Shown: positions 36,784-50,850, numbered from the stretch's first letter. The stretch is DNA of 59,825 nt from Paraphysomonas bandaiensis (GCA_965644295.1 CBFFRP010000057.1:1-59825); one strand, 5' to 3'. Numbers and translations: made by a program. The notes: generated by a model from the sequence alone, not told the origin.

Positions 36784-37603
36784 TATACGGTCTGCGTCTT
36801 TGCATCTTCTTATGAGCCTTTTAGTATTGAGATTTGCTGTTTGTGATCAATAAAGCAATTTAAATTATGACTGTTACTTGAAGAATACAGCAGTGGTTAC
36901 CCGTATTATGAGATCACTCACTTCCGCAAACCCTCTTCACATATACCTATTAATTTAAGCTTATAGTTAGTGCAATATTGACTGATTGATATTATAGGAG
37001 ATATAGTAAAGTTATAATGTCGTCGTAGCACTGTGAGTTAGGAACCACGTCATTCACCAACATCAACATTCTATTCTACAAATCGTATCTTTAACAGCTA
37101 CTATATTTTCAGTTACTTTGTATACTTGTAATAGCTACTCCTATAGTGTAGTCATATATATTCTGTATTTCATTGCTACATAGAATACAGGATAACTACT
37201 AGCGATTGGCTTTATCAAACTTCAAGTACGCACGTAGGAGTTAGTTGTAGTTTAATAACACCATATACGATAAACAACAATACTCTAGAATAGAATACCC
37301 GGTATTCGTGATGCAGAAACCACTTTTATGGAATTATAGTTAAACCGAATGCATTGTTAAGCTAGGCTACTCCGAGCTCAAAAGAGCATACATACTACTG
37401 GAGTCATACTACCAATATTGCACTTGGTGAAGCGAATATATACCCTTGCCCGCGTCACTTTATTAAAGGGTAAGTTAACAGATACCAATTCATTACAATT
37501 ATATTAATAAAAAACACATGGATATTGTATTATATGCAACATAATACGAGATAAAACTAATAAACTACACATATAATCACAACCAGTATGCACAAACTTT
37601 CGA

Positions 37604-40600
37604 TTACGGAGAATTGAAAGGTGTAACCCTGTCTGCTGCAGTATCCAAACAACCAGTCTTCATTGATGTACAAGCACTGGTGGGAATAACCGTAGACTTC
37701 GATTCTGTACGGGAGGGTTCTGGAAAGAAGGACTGATTGTCGCTCAATAATAGTTGTGTAGGACTCGCAGGAGCCGTATTTACTCTTTGGCTTCGCTTCT
37801 CCAAATGATTGTCTAATATATGTCTCCGACGCTATGGAGGTTATCGTCACTACAATCTCGCACACATGAGATAACTATACCTGTACATCTTCTTTGATAG
37901 CGTCGTCCGGAAAAATCAGCTTGTTCAGTTCATCAATTGTCAGAGATCCGCTTTTGTTGACATCGACTTGTGCAAAAAGTTTAATATATTTCTCATCACT
38001 GAGGCGAAAAAACATCAACGACATTATTTTCATCGCACATAACACACCTATAGTGAAGCCTTAAAGCAGCTAGCATGTCCCTAAATTCAAACTTGTTGAT
38101 TGTGCCACTTCCATCTGTATCAATTTCATCGAACAGACGACGAATTATCTGCAGACATACACCCATTACACAACAGGTTGTGAGAGAAACAGCTTCATAC
38201 ATCTTTTTGGTTCATACGTTCACCCTTCACCCTGGAGAGAATTTTGGCTCTTAGTTCACTGCACAGTCTGTCATTTTCTTCTTTTGCTTCCGCAATGGTG
38301 CCTGCTCACAACACACTATTAGAACATGGATATGATTACATTGTACAATTCAATAGTCTCATTTCATTATACCGCAAATTCGATTTGATGGTATCATAGT
38401 GTTGTGCCACATACCGATGACATCAATATCCAATTGTGCAATAGCTGATATCAATGATGCCACTTTTACAATCGCTCCAATGCTGGGTAATACTAGGAAT
38501 AAAGGGACAAGCCTATCCATGTATTAGGGACACTTCGTCAAAAAAGTATTAAGTTTGACACTCACATAAATATCTGCCACAGGTATGAGTAATCTATAGA
38601 AGCTTGGTTAACAGCACTGATAAAGTTCGTAATCCAGAGGGACAGATAAAGTGAATTCAGCATAATTGCGATCTCGACCGCTCTGTATAGGAAGATATAT
38701 ATTAGAATGATTGGTTCACGAACATGACATTGACCCTGCCTGAAAAAAAGGTCTGGATTATCAAATAAAAACACGGAACTAAAGTCTTCGCTTAATTTAA
38801 CATCTTTCTCCAATCCAGGACTATCCTTTGCATTCTTCAACAGGGACAATGCATTGCCGTCCATATAGCCTCTTTTAAAGAAGGAAGTGGTTACACATGC
38901 CTTCATCGACCCACCCAGAGAGAGTTTCCGCTTCTTGTGCTTAATAGATGGCTGTGCATTGATGTTTCCCACACGTTGAAGAGTGCCCTTGCCATCATTA
39001 TCATCGGTGCTGTCAAATGACCGGAATATAATACCATCCTTTTGTGTGGGGCTGGAGTGAAGGTAAGACCCTGCATCTACAGTGCAAACAGTTAGAGCAT
39101 ATTCGACAAACAATAAGAATACTTATAGCAGCGACATTCAAATGCAAATAGCATGACTGTAACAACAATTTGCAATCTGGAATTAATAATGATACAGTGC
39201 ATATACTAACTTCTGCCTGTCTGAGTCACCACTGCTGTAACCCGCCTCATTGCTGACTCGATGTTTCTTAAAGGTCTCTTCCAAGACTATATCGGAAAAC
39301 AAGCTGATGAGTACGGCTGCTGATGTCAAACAAGGGTCTAAGTGACACATACATTTTTCTCAGCTGCCATTTTGATGATAGCGGCCCTGTCAACTGGATG
39401 CACTACAGTACTCCGGCGTCTCATTTGCTCTGGTAATACCGTATACCCGAAAAAAGAGTTAGCGATAATTTGTAAATTAACTGGCATATTATACACAAGT
39501 CATCGCTGCCCATTTTGAAAGGACCAATAATATTAAAACGCGTATAGCGGGATAGTTGATCACGTGATACCTATATTCTTCTTCGTATTCAACTGGGATC
39601 GTCGGCGCTGCTTTTTCATAGGCACTTTCGCTTCTGTCATCCGCTCCGTATCGGCCTGCACAAGGACACCTCGAATTAGATATATATAGAAACAACGAAA
39701 ATATATACTTCCAAACATAATGATAACTATAACTCGATAACATAAAGTCATACAACCTTGATATGGTTGGTTTCTACAAATGTCAAAAAGTCTTCATAAT
39801 CAGCAGTACTTGTTACCCCGGCGCGGCCCATCAGTCTACATCGCACAAATTATATAAATACAGTCTTCGTCACAGCAAATGTGGCGATCATACAATATAT
39901 ATCTGCATAACACTTACTCTGTCTCGTAGTATTTTCCTAGCAGATGCAGCAAAAACACATACAGGCACATGACACTGCCACAAATGAAGAACAACTCCAC
40001 ATGTCGTTCAATACATCGATTGGACGCCGCAGGTACATAATTTGGGTCTTCGTCTAGCTCGTCCTCTCGCTCCTTTGCGCTATGCTTAAACTTGAATCCC
40101 TCACAATTCCACATTTCATTCCCGAACACTCGCATTCGGGCATAGTTTAAAAGACAAAGTATGACCATTATTGCCCAAGTTCCATTTTCGATATTTATCA
40201 AATTCAATGAGTAGCTTGCCAGACATCCACTCAGATATGCCCCGTAGTCGAAGTCACCAGGTAACCAATACGTATCACGAAACAATGCATATATAATCTT
40301 AAATTCAACCTTCCGTCGAGCTGAAGAAAAGGGCAAGTAGCGCATATGAAATAAAAACCTCGACCACATATTCCTTTGTGAATCATCGTATATATCAAGA
40401 GTATCAGCAAGAGAGGTTGCATGCATTTGAGCATACTGATTAGACGATATCATTGATAAGGTCATAATGTATAAGGAATGGGCTACAAAAAATATAGCAA
40501 CAAAGAACAACACATAGCCCACAAAATCGATAGCAGTGAACCAAGCATCTGTTTCTTCTGGATGTTTAAAAGCTTGGTACATTGCCACTGTGAAAGATAC

Positions 40601-40789
40601 AAACCCCATAATCATGAGCTCTTTATAGATCTTCTGGAGCATTTTATTGTATATCTCCGACCCCTGAAGAAGATTCTCGACACCTCGTGTCAGGTTCTCG
40701 ATAGCGATTAAGAAGACGATAGTGCAGATGAAGGCGATTGTAGCCACATCCCCGTCCACTGCACTTAATATTCCAAAATTAAACGCCAT
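37604..40789 (-). CDS. MLO-like multi-pass membrane protein with two C-terminal EF-hands (about 11-12 exons)
   Basis: KIYKELMIMGFVSF (MLO KxELMxxGFxS), FDYGAYL (MLO FDFxxY), FLFDNPDLFFR|AVEIAIMLNSLYLSLW (MLO FWFxxP...xNAF); EF loops DTDGSGTINKFE and DVNKSGSLTIDE. Confidence 0.8.
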
Positions 40790-42865
40790 ATTATGATATT
40801 TCTTCTGTGACTGTTCACTAGAAGACACACACGCACACAGACACACAGATAGACAGATAGACTATAGTAGATATAGATATATATAGAGAGAGAGACTCAG
40901 AGGGACTGATAAGAGGACACACAGACACAGGCCAGTGTACACTGGTCACGAGAAGACATATCTCGAATCATAGCAGCTGCGGTGTCCTGTGGTGAGTCTT
41001 ATGGGCCAGACAGAGCAGATATCTGTGTATGTGTCTGGATGTGTGTGTATGTGTATGTAAGATCACACTCATAACGACACAAATTAGGTCACCGAAACTC
41101 TAATAACCACTGTATACCACTGTATACCACTGTATACCACTGTATAATGCTGTATACCGTTGTTCTCTGTGCGTCAGATACAAGTACAGTACGTACAGCA
41201 GTATCTATATACGGCGGTATACGTAGGTATATGTATGCATTGTGTGTGTGTGTGTGTGTGGTGGATCCGGATACTGTGCTGCACTGTGCTGGCTGCATCC
41301 AGTTGAAGGCCCTCCATTACAAGCATTGTTTGATTTCATGGAATGAAGCTGCAGTTTGAGTGATGGAGAGGTGTATTGGGGACTACTGGGGTCTCCTTCT
41401 ACGAAAACAACGAAGACCGTCCACGCTAGCAGAAGATTGTGATAGTGAGATGGGCAGAGCTCTTCATATGGGATCAAAGGTGATGATTACTGAGCAGTTG
41501 CACGAGACATAAGAGTGTCTGCGTGATATACTTTTGACTGGTTCAGATCATCCCTTCAACGAACTTCAACACATGTTTCGATTAATGAGCCGTCAAAATA
41601 GAGAAAAAGACTTCCGTTATTCGTGTCAAATCCGATACTGTCAAGTTGACTGGAAGTATAGTGAGAAATGCACTATCGTACTTAGATTATATCGGAACGT
41701 ATGTTACAAAATCATGCGAAAGAACAAAATGCAGCTGCTAAACATACTCTAAGACAGACTGTACTTCCCAACGAACAAAACGAATATGAACTTTCGTGGT
41801 CGTTCATACAATATATCCTTGTTTGTAAATGCTAGTTAATAATAATATTTAATAGCATAAATATTAGTCTTGAACGAGCGTATTAAAGATATTTACATTT
41901 CTTCGAAGAAAATGAAATTATGTTACACTGGTAGGATTTACAACAAGTTTTATATTATTTGAATGAAGTGCTAGGTCATATGCAACAGTACCAGACGTTA
42001 AACATCGTATATACAACGACAATATTCTGATGGACAATTAGAGTTTCAGTGGTAGAGCAAATGAAATTGTTATTTCTGCTTTAGGCCGCAAAACTATTCG
42101 ATGGCAACCAAAAATCAATATCGAATATCAACATGAGAATCCCTTAGTTGTCTAGACAGGCAGGATAAATAGCATTTTCTATAGCTTCAATATATATGTT
42201 CAACAAAGTATAAACGTAACATCACGTAGTCACTGCTCTATGGTCGGCCTTCTACATTGTAGCCGGAAAATGTACTTCGCAGTCTCAAGTCTCAAGACAG
42301 CTTAGCAATCGGAGTCCATGCTGATGAACTAATTGCAGCGTTCAAGTACACAGTGCCAAGTCGTAGTGTATAGCATTTGGCTAGATGACAATTCTCTCAA
42401 CTGTATCGTTTGGGGTAAAGAATGACTTAAAAACAAATTCAAAGTATAATACTGCTGTCAAAGGTTTCGAAATAGGTCAGCGGAAGGTCATGTTCGCCCC
42501 AACAAGATATAGTTCAGTAGCCCTAACCAAACCCTCGTTATAGACTATACATTATTACAGATAAGTAAAAAATATATATATTATACACTACAGTCAAATA
42601 TTTCGAATCTACTATACTTAGTGTATAGAACTAACTTCATCGCGTATATGCAAATCACACTTGGTCGTCGACATTTGATTTCATTTTCAGTACCACAAAA
42701 CAGCTGGCACGAAAAAAGTTATCGGTGTACATGTCTTTGTTTGAATACATACCAACAGAATACATAATCATATAGACTAAAAAGCACAGTGAATATCACC
42801 CGATCGGTTTCCGTGCAACTGTCAGTGACCAGTAACTATCCTGTTATCAGTATGGATTTCACTGA

Positions 42866-43833
42866 CTACATAATTCTCCGTCTATAACCCTCTATAAACG
42901 CAACTACTGTACCATGATTAAGGTGCCTAGCAATATGTATTGCTTTTCTTCTTTTAAAGTCTTTGAGGTCCTTGTCAACCCCTTCGTTTAACAGGAAGTC
43001 ACACACTTCCACAGATCCACCCAGTGCAGCGTAGTGTAAAGCGCTCCATCCATGTTTGTCCACAAAATCAATGTTTGAACCAGCCATGACAAGCACTCTG
43101 CAGTGTGTTACGTCACCCAATGAGGCGGCAATCATAAGAGCTGTAGTGCCTTTGAAATCGGTCAGATTAGGGTCCGCTCCATACCGGAGCAGATTAGTGG
43201 TAATAGGAAGGCTGCCATTGCTAACTGAATACATCAATGCTGCCATGCCTGTGTTTTCATCGACGATATTAGGGTTAGCTTTATAAACCAACAAGGCTTC
43301 AACCATCTCTGTCTGGCGAGTACGTACAGCTGCAGCAAGGGCAGTGTGTCCTGATGCCTGTAATCTCGTCACAAATGTCACAACAACACAAATTTACGCA
43401 CATTTAACTCATCAATGAAGTTGCTTGGTAGCAAATCCTTTTCTACCTTTTCCGTTGCCGCCATCAATGCATCTTCCAGCTGGGACATCGACCCATTCTC
43501 CACAGCTTGATGAACTGTGACGGACAAACATCCAAAAAATTGAAGGCACCGAACGCATTGATTCGGTTTCGGAGGAACTGTTTTCCCCACCACAAAATCG
43601 TCTACATTAAAATCGTCCATATCAGGAAACGCTGCATCCATGACTTCACTCACGATTCTCTCCTTTAAAGCTTGCCGCTGAGCTGAAAATTTATGAACGG
43701 CACCCATTACAACGTCTGCAGCTATCTTAGGTTTAGGTTTGTCGTCAGTGTCAGAATCTGAGTCTTGCTCATTCTCTGCAGTATCGTCTTCTCGAGTATA
43801 TAATTCTGGAACAATTCTATTGTCGGAAAACAT
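42866..43833 (-). CDS. Ankyrin-repeat protein (spliced)
   Basis: GHTALAAAV, GMAALMYSV, GTTALMIAASLG, GWSALHYAALGG, RKAIHIA; acidic N-terminus; intron near 43360-43401. Confidence 0.88.
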
Positions 43834-44235
43834 AAAACAGTATGTTAACTTGCGCTAACTATCCGCCAGTGGTCGCATAAAGCGATTGCTCCGTCTTGAA
43901 CAACAACAGCTATAATAATATCTCAACTTGGACACAATGTTGACCTCAACTTTGTGAATACAACACTGACAATCGAATACACACAAATGCTGAGCGTTTA
44001 AAGGGGAGCTACATTCAATTTGACGGCAAAGTGAGCGATGTGTATATATGTATGTTGTATATACAGCAGACTGATAGGGAGATGTCGCGTATACTTGTAC
44101 TGTATATGGCAATACTACAGCAGTTATATAGGACTTTTTTATCAAATCAAATATAAGAATACGGATTTGATAGGCTGTAGATTTCATTTTTGTAGTTCTA
44201 GATATCTGGATATTGTCATTTCTGGACTTCGAATT

Positions 44236-44875
44236 ATGGGGTTTTTAGCATATGTATATACCCAGCAGATATCTACAGTATGTACATAGTCGTCATCTAT
44301 CTGGATCAGTTGGCAGTGGAACCACCTGGCATGGGGTCATATGTCGTCTGTGTCGTGGGTTTCATTCCGTGTTGTCTCACCATACTGTACACAGACCATT
44401 TACTCGGCCTTAGACACACGACTAGAGGATCTGCTGGACGATCTTCGCTATCAAGACACACAGAGATGTACGCTACAGACTACCAGCGAGAATATCTGAT
44501 CCATCTACTCTGCTCTTAGCTCTTTCAGTCAAGTTCTTTACGATTGCGTTTCTCTTTGCAGAGGAGTTGAGAGTATTGAATGCTTTGGCAACACGGACTT
44601 CAAATTCTTTTTTACGTCAAGTTTCGAATTCATGCATCTTTTGCTTTACTGTTTTGTGTATTCTACCTTGGTTTGAGTTTGTTAATGGTATCGTTGTTAA
44701 TGGAGACGAGGGTTCGTTATATTTCTCAAACTATTTTCATTCCCATGCAGACGATTCTCAGCCTATATAGTGGCTTGCTTAGTATATCACTTTTCTTTTA
44801 TGTATACCACTGAAGGGCGATTCTCGAGATTATATTTTACTTTCAAACTATTTATTTCATAACTTAAGGCCCTGA
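44236..44875 (+). CDS. Putative 94-aa five-exon microprotein
   Basis: Exons 44236-44253, 44310-44342, 44395-44467, 44520-44620 and 44816-44875 join in frame through GT-AG introns of 56, 52, 52 and 195 nt. Two donors are weak; no homolog recognised. Confidence 0.4.
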
Positions 44876-45931
44876 GGGCGTCGGAGTGAAGCGATAGTGA
44901 AATGGAAGAAGAAAGAAAGAAGGATTTTTAATTCTTTTGTTCGTCGTCTTGTGTAAGCATACGTACTGCCCTGCAGTGTGTTGTACGACTGGTCTAACGA
45001 ATGTGGTAATGTGGTTTGCAAACTTATTATGGCACGTCATATGGAATACGATTAGTACCGTACAGGAGAACTTTATGATTGGTTAACTTAGACATTGGAA
45101 ATGCACACAGTTCATTATCTTGCACTAATCATTAGATATCGTAATTAATGTAAGAGTAACATCACAGGCGTCAATTTTATCCACAGCATTGACAATGACG
45201 GAGGGATTGGATAAATACATACAGATAAAATACTATATGATATGCGAACAGCTAAAGGTAAACAACTTTCTCCAGCAAAACACTACCACATATTCCACTC
45301 TGTACATTAAGATGTGCACGTTGGTTACACTACCAAGCAAGAATTAACAGTTTCTAACGTTTCATAAATGTACTTCTTAACAAATCTATGTAGATTTTCA
45401 ATAAACAAGTGTTTATAATGTATCCAGCTCAATAAAAGCACTGACAAGAGCGAGTCTATCTTGAAAATTTTTTGAGAGTCTATCTTGTAATGTTTCTGTG
45501 TTTTTTGTTTGTCAGCTGAAACAGACTGTAAACAACACCTAGTCAGTTACATTTATTACAATATTATCGCTATCACATACACAAAACTACTTAACATTTT
45601 CACATTCGCTTCAGCTACTGTACATGCCTTAACTGCCATTGGACTTGTGAAGGTTTTCGTGAATGTAGGGCTAGAGTTAGACTTGACTAATTCTCATACA
45701 TGCTACAAAAGATAATTAGAATAATTATTATTTCAAAAACTTTACAATGATATATTCATGTAACATCTGTATTAACGTTTGACTGATTTGGTATTTGGAG
45801 AGGTAAAATTAAATAACTCAACGTTAAACTCACAAAATAATCAATTTTTAAAATTATACATTGATTTTCGCTGCAATTATATTATTGGGAAATATTATTA
45901 GATAGTAGATAGTACCTATCGTACATTAGAT

Positions 45932-46051
45932 CAGGGCCTGGTTATCGTTAATAGTAATGGCATTAATGGCCATTATAATTGCCGGGACATTTTCAATAAT
46001 GCCATTATAATTGCCGGGAACTGGACTACCATCAATGGTTACCAGGCCCTG
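45932..46051. mobile_element. 120-bp hAT-type MITE
   Basis: Perfect 11-bp TIR CAGGGCCTGGT/ACCAGGCCCTG, imperfect to ~27 bp; exact 8-bp TSD CATTAGAT at 45924-45931 and 46052-46059. Confidence 0.92.
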
Positions 46052-46515
46052 CATTAGATCATTTAACACTGTTAATCACTGCTGTATTCTTTAAGTAACG
46101 ATCATAATTCAAATAGGTTAGAAGTACAGCTTTTAAATGCTCGCAAACAGCAATAAGTAATAACTGTGTCATATCATACTGCATACTTCAGAACTTAACA
46201 TTACCTACAACTATAGAAGCCCAATTCATTCTATCTATCGGTGAACATAAGTAACTTGTACGTCGAAAGACATAACATCATGATTCGATAAACACTACTA
46301 TAAATCCGGTACTATATGTTAGTTCGGTATGCACGTATTGCACCACTTAAAACACCAGACGCGAGCTCTTGCACAATTTTCTATTTCGTAATATGTCATG
46401 AAATATATTTCTTACACGTATCAACTGCACCACAACTGTGTTTGCTGCATCAAACCAAACGCCAGTGGTGCGAGAGTAATAACAGACTAACTGGCTAGCT
46501 ACATATCGTGGCTAT

Positions 46516-47993
46516 CTAGGCATTCTGAGCTCTCATCTGCTGCTGCCTGATGATATACTCTCCCTGCTCGTTCATAAGACTTTCGAGGTTGCTATTGAGA
46601 ATACCAGCCCTGACAGTAAGGTCTCTGGTTTTATCAGCCACCTTCTGGTGGGCCATTTTGGGTGGAGGTGCCATCAGCACCTGCTTACCGGAGGAATCGA
46701 TGCGGGCATTGAAAGATACCCCTGCAGATGCCAAGGCGTGGGAAGCGCCAGACGAGGATCCCTCTTGGGAATTGGCCGCGGATGCTCCTCTGACCATCTC
46801 CACCATCCACTTCTCGGCTTCCTCTTCGGATAGCTGCAACTTCTCAGCCAGCGTAACCATGTCCACACGTCTATTGATCCCACAGTAGACTTCACAAACT
46901 AGAAGTCTGGCCTCATGGAGGAACCGATCTTCGTATAATTGAAGAAAGAAATCATTTTTTATAATGGAAAGACATTCCGTGAGTCGTTGCTGCGCTTCCT
47001 CGAAGTCAAATCTGTCGTACAGGCTCTCCACGAACTGAGTCATCGGGTCCGAGTGTAGGTAAGAGGTAGCAAGGATCTCATTTAGTACGTCTCTCATGAC
47101 CACCCGCCTACGAGAGCTAAGAATGGCAGCACATGTATAGTAGCGCAAAAGCCAAGGGCAAAGGTTCTCTATAGTCTGAAGGTAGATCTTCTCAGAGAAG
47201 AACTCGTACAGTGCATCCGTGCCGTCGCGTTGGTTAAGGAACACAAAAAGTGCCCAGTGCATGAGCCAAGCACGCTGTCTGAGCTGGTCCATAGGAGCAA
47301 TACTACGGCTTTCAATAGCCTCCTTGATAGCATGAAGGTCGGTAAGTGAATCGTCCCACTTGGCCTGCAGGATGCGACATGCCAGACGTCCCCAAAGAGC
47401 GCCCAGTACTGTAGAAGTCTGGGATTGAACTATGCTCAGATAGTTTCCCAGCATATCCTCAGCATCAGTATACATACCACAGTCGTACTTAAACTTGCTG
47501 AACTTGTAATATTCTTCTAATACTGCCACAGTAATACCGTGGTGCGCTGAGACATACTCTATTGTTAGATTATCACCTGATTTTAAGCTTTCCACCAATT
47601 CCTCATTGTTAAAGAACTCACTGCACAACTTTACTGCATCTGACTCGTTGTCCATTTTATCAAAAATAGCATTTGTTCTATCCTCGAGATGCTTTTTGCT
47701 CAGATTGGGATCAGCATGGATAGATGCATCATCCTCTGGCACAGTGTTGATTTCATCCTGAACTAACTCGAGCATATTTGTCTTGACAATCAAGCGGATC
47801 TTTTCCTTTGCAATGGCCTTATTATCATATAATTCCACCTGTACACATGCTTATCATCTATATGACCGAACACAACAGCAAACTGACTGACCTCTCGCAA
47901 GAAATCTAGAAGAGGGCATATCATGTGCGCATCCAGATATGGGGCCATTTTAAAAGACAAATCGTTCTGTCGTGCGATCTCCATGCTGTCCAT
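46516..47993 (-). CDS. EIF3E: Translation initiation factor 3 subunit E (one intron ~47839-47891)
   Basis: DLSFKMAPYLDAHMICPLLDFL, KFKYDCGMY, LWGRLACRIL, QLRQRAWLMHWALFVF, PCI domain, AEKWMVEMVR, NARIDS. Confidence 0.95.
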
Positions 47994-50850
47994 TGACGAT
48001 TGTATTATTAATATAATTATTTATGTAGGTTTAGTCGATGAGGTGGAGAAGCAGGTCTCGTATGGACAGTGCAGTGCAGTGCAGTGCAGGGGAGGGAGTG
48101 TTAGTGTGGTGTGGTATGGTACGGTACGGGTGTGCTCCTGTCCTGTTATTACTGTATACTTCTCACTATGAGAGGACTCGTATGGATCCCCAGCCGCAAA
48201 GGGCCAGCGCAGATCTTAAAGAAGCGCGAAACTGAAAACTGAAAATCGCGACATCTTTACTCGTCCAACTCTTTGTATGTGGATAAAAAACAGGACAATG
48301 GGATACATTTACATAAATATCTGGGTATTTTGTATTTTTAGTATTGTATTTTCTGTACATAGTAGCACAAAACACACACATACATACTGCTGTACATGTC
48401 CTGTACACATATACCCAGCAGTTCAGAGAGCTGTCGATGAGAGTGTTCATCCACCAGGTGTCACAAATTATAAGAATATCTGGACTGGACACCTGTGGCT
48501 GAGAGCCCAATGCCCCTATATGGTGAGGTGACCCGATGAACAGTGTTATTGTAATGAGGGGGATGGACTGCCCATAGGGTACACCCGCCCTTGTCGTTAA
48601 TCAAGAGGGATGTCTCTCCAGTGATTACCACACTATCGTGTCTCCATATACAATGATAATCCTTCCGGCCTGATCACAACATATGAAGAGTTTCCGAGTA
48701 TTGTGGGGGGTCTCGTCACTGCTGAAGTAGAAACAGGTGTATTGACCGGAAGGAAAGTTAATGATTCCATAGTTCGTGCTCAGATTGATGCCATTGACAA
48801 TGATTGAAGCGGGTACCAGTGAGAAGTACTTAGTGCGAGGCTGGTAATTGAAAATGATCATATTTCATTTCAGATCATCATTCTCCACATTTCACGGAAT
48901 TTAAATGCTGTTAGTGTTTACGTTTGGAATATGTAACTACAGTAAGAGACAGCATATTTTTTCTTGAGTGTGACGGCACCATTGCATGAATTGAGGATTT
49001 ACCGATGGATGTTGTGGTTTTTGTTGCCTTACGAGCGATGAGTCGACACCTCGTATGCTTATTGCGCTGTTGATGGACTCTAAATGTATGGTTCAACGTG
49101 AATATGATAATATAATTCATAGTTGTTTAGGATATTACGTACAGTACCTGCTGGAAATAGCAAGTATACTAACGACAATGATTCATTTTATATAAAGGAT
49201 TCCTGTGAACGTTGGTGATACAGGTGTGTCTGACCAAGGGTCAGTATCAGAATTTATTTCTGATACATATCATACACGAAAAGTAATATCATTCTAGCGT
49301 ATCCGCTATTTATTTTATGATTCTTCATTTTTGGTGAGAATTTGCTATCATATATTAGTAACAAATGATAAAGAGACCAAAAACTCTGATACAAAGTATA
49401 CAAGATACTTTAGACCAAAAGTACCTAAAAGTGCTATGATGTAAATTATCGAATAAATATTTAAGAGTTAGCTTTCAACTCACAACTTTGTTGCTAACAA
49501 CCAAGGCTGCGTAACTATTAATTGTCAATTAATTGACGCAGGTTGTAGTCAATTAGTCAATTATAATTGCAATGATTTTTTAATTTAATTGCAATTTAAT
49601 TGATACGTACTCAGTATCTATACAGCACGCAGACTATAACTCTTGACAATCAGGTGCCTTGTGATGATCTCGTCAAACAATGCACAAACGTCGTGGAGGT
49701 CGCTGGTGTTAATCTTTTTCCTATAGTTTTATTGACACACATTGAAAGAATTTCAAGTCGTCCCGTAATTTCACCAGCTTGGCATGTTCCATTTCACTTG
49801 GAATTAGACTTAACACAGCAGAACCAAACCACATGATAGCAAGTGGTCAGAGAGATTACAAATGGGGAGTCCCTCCTGCTGATATCTTGATTGATTTTTA
49901 TTTACTATCATGAACGATTGAGGTCTGTTTCTGAAGTTGTCTGACGTTTAGGTAGATGTCGTCAATTGAGCTTTTTACAGAATCCCGGCAAATTGTAATA
50001 AACATTTTTGAACACATGTTAATTGTCCTATAGTAATTTTGAACCTTTAAGTAGCTACATGTAGTTTGCATTGCCTATGATTATGTATAATAACTAATAA
50101 CTAATATCGGCACTCCAATTATACCTTGTCAGTGTCAAATTCATGGTATTTTTTTATCAATTAATTGAAGCAAGCGGTTGGCAATTATAATTGTAATTAT
50201 GATTTGTTAAAATTTTAGTAATTGTTTTGAATTTTGCAGTATGATGCGACATAGTGTATAGTGTGCAAGTGTGCAACAGGTGAAATCAGCCCTTTGGTGT
50301 AGATGAGTAGATGGTGAATATAGTTACAAAGGAAGTGCAACGTTAACTTCAGTGAAATTTCAATTCTAACAAAATGACAATTAATTAAAGGTAGGTATGT
50401 TTACAACCTAGTAATGAGTTTGAATGCAGTTCACATGGCCTTTTCTACAACAAAATGTAACCATTAACTGGAGAAATTTTTTCAAACACGAAGTTAATTA
50501 CACATAACTCATAATCACAGATGTCTGTCTACTGCTTACTACTATATACTTACGCAGTTAACACACATACCTCGTACAAACACATAGAACACAGTGTTTT
50601 ATACCTGGAACTACTGCAGTGTAATTTTAATTTCTACCAATTTATACGAATGAAGTTACACAGAGCACTGAGCACGATCTCCTCTATAATTCCAACGTGG
50701 ATCTCGATCATCTCTACAGCTGATAGATTAAGCTTGATCTACCAACAAGTACGTAAGGATCAGTAGTAATCACTCGTTACTTTACATCGTAACATACACT
50801 ATTCCAGTATTCTTACCTACTAAACAAGCTATCTACCTCTTGAGTGTAAA

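Noticed and set aside
41500-42530. Possible decayed transposon or gene between the MLO-like and ankyrin genes
   Set aside because: No recognisable motif or paired termini could be established by eye.
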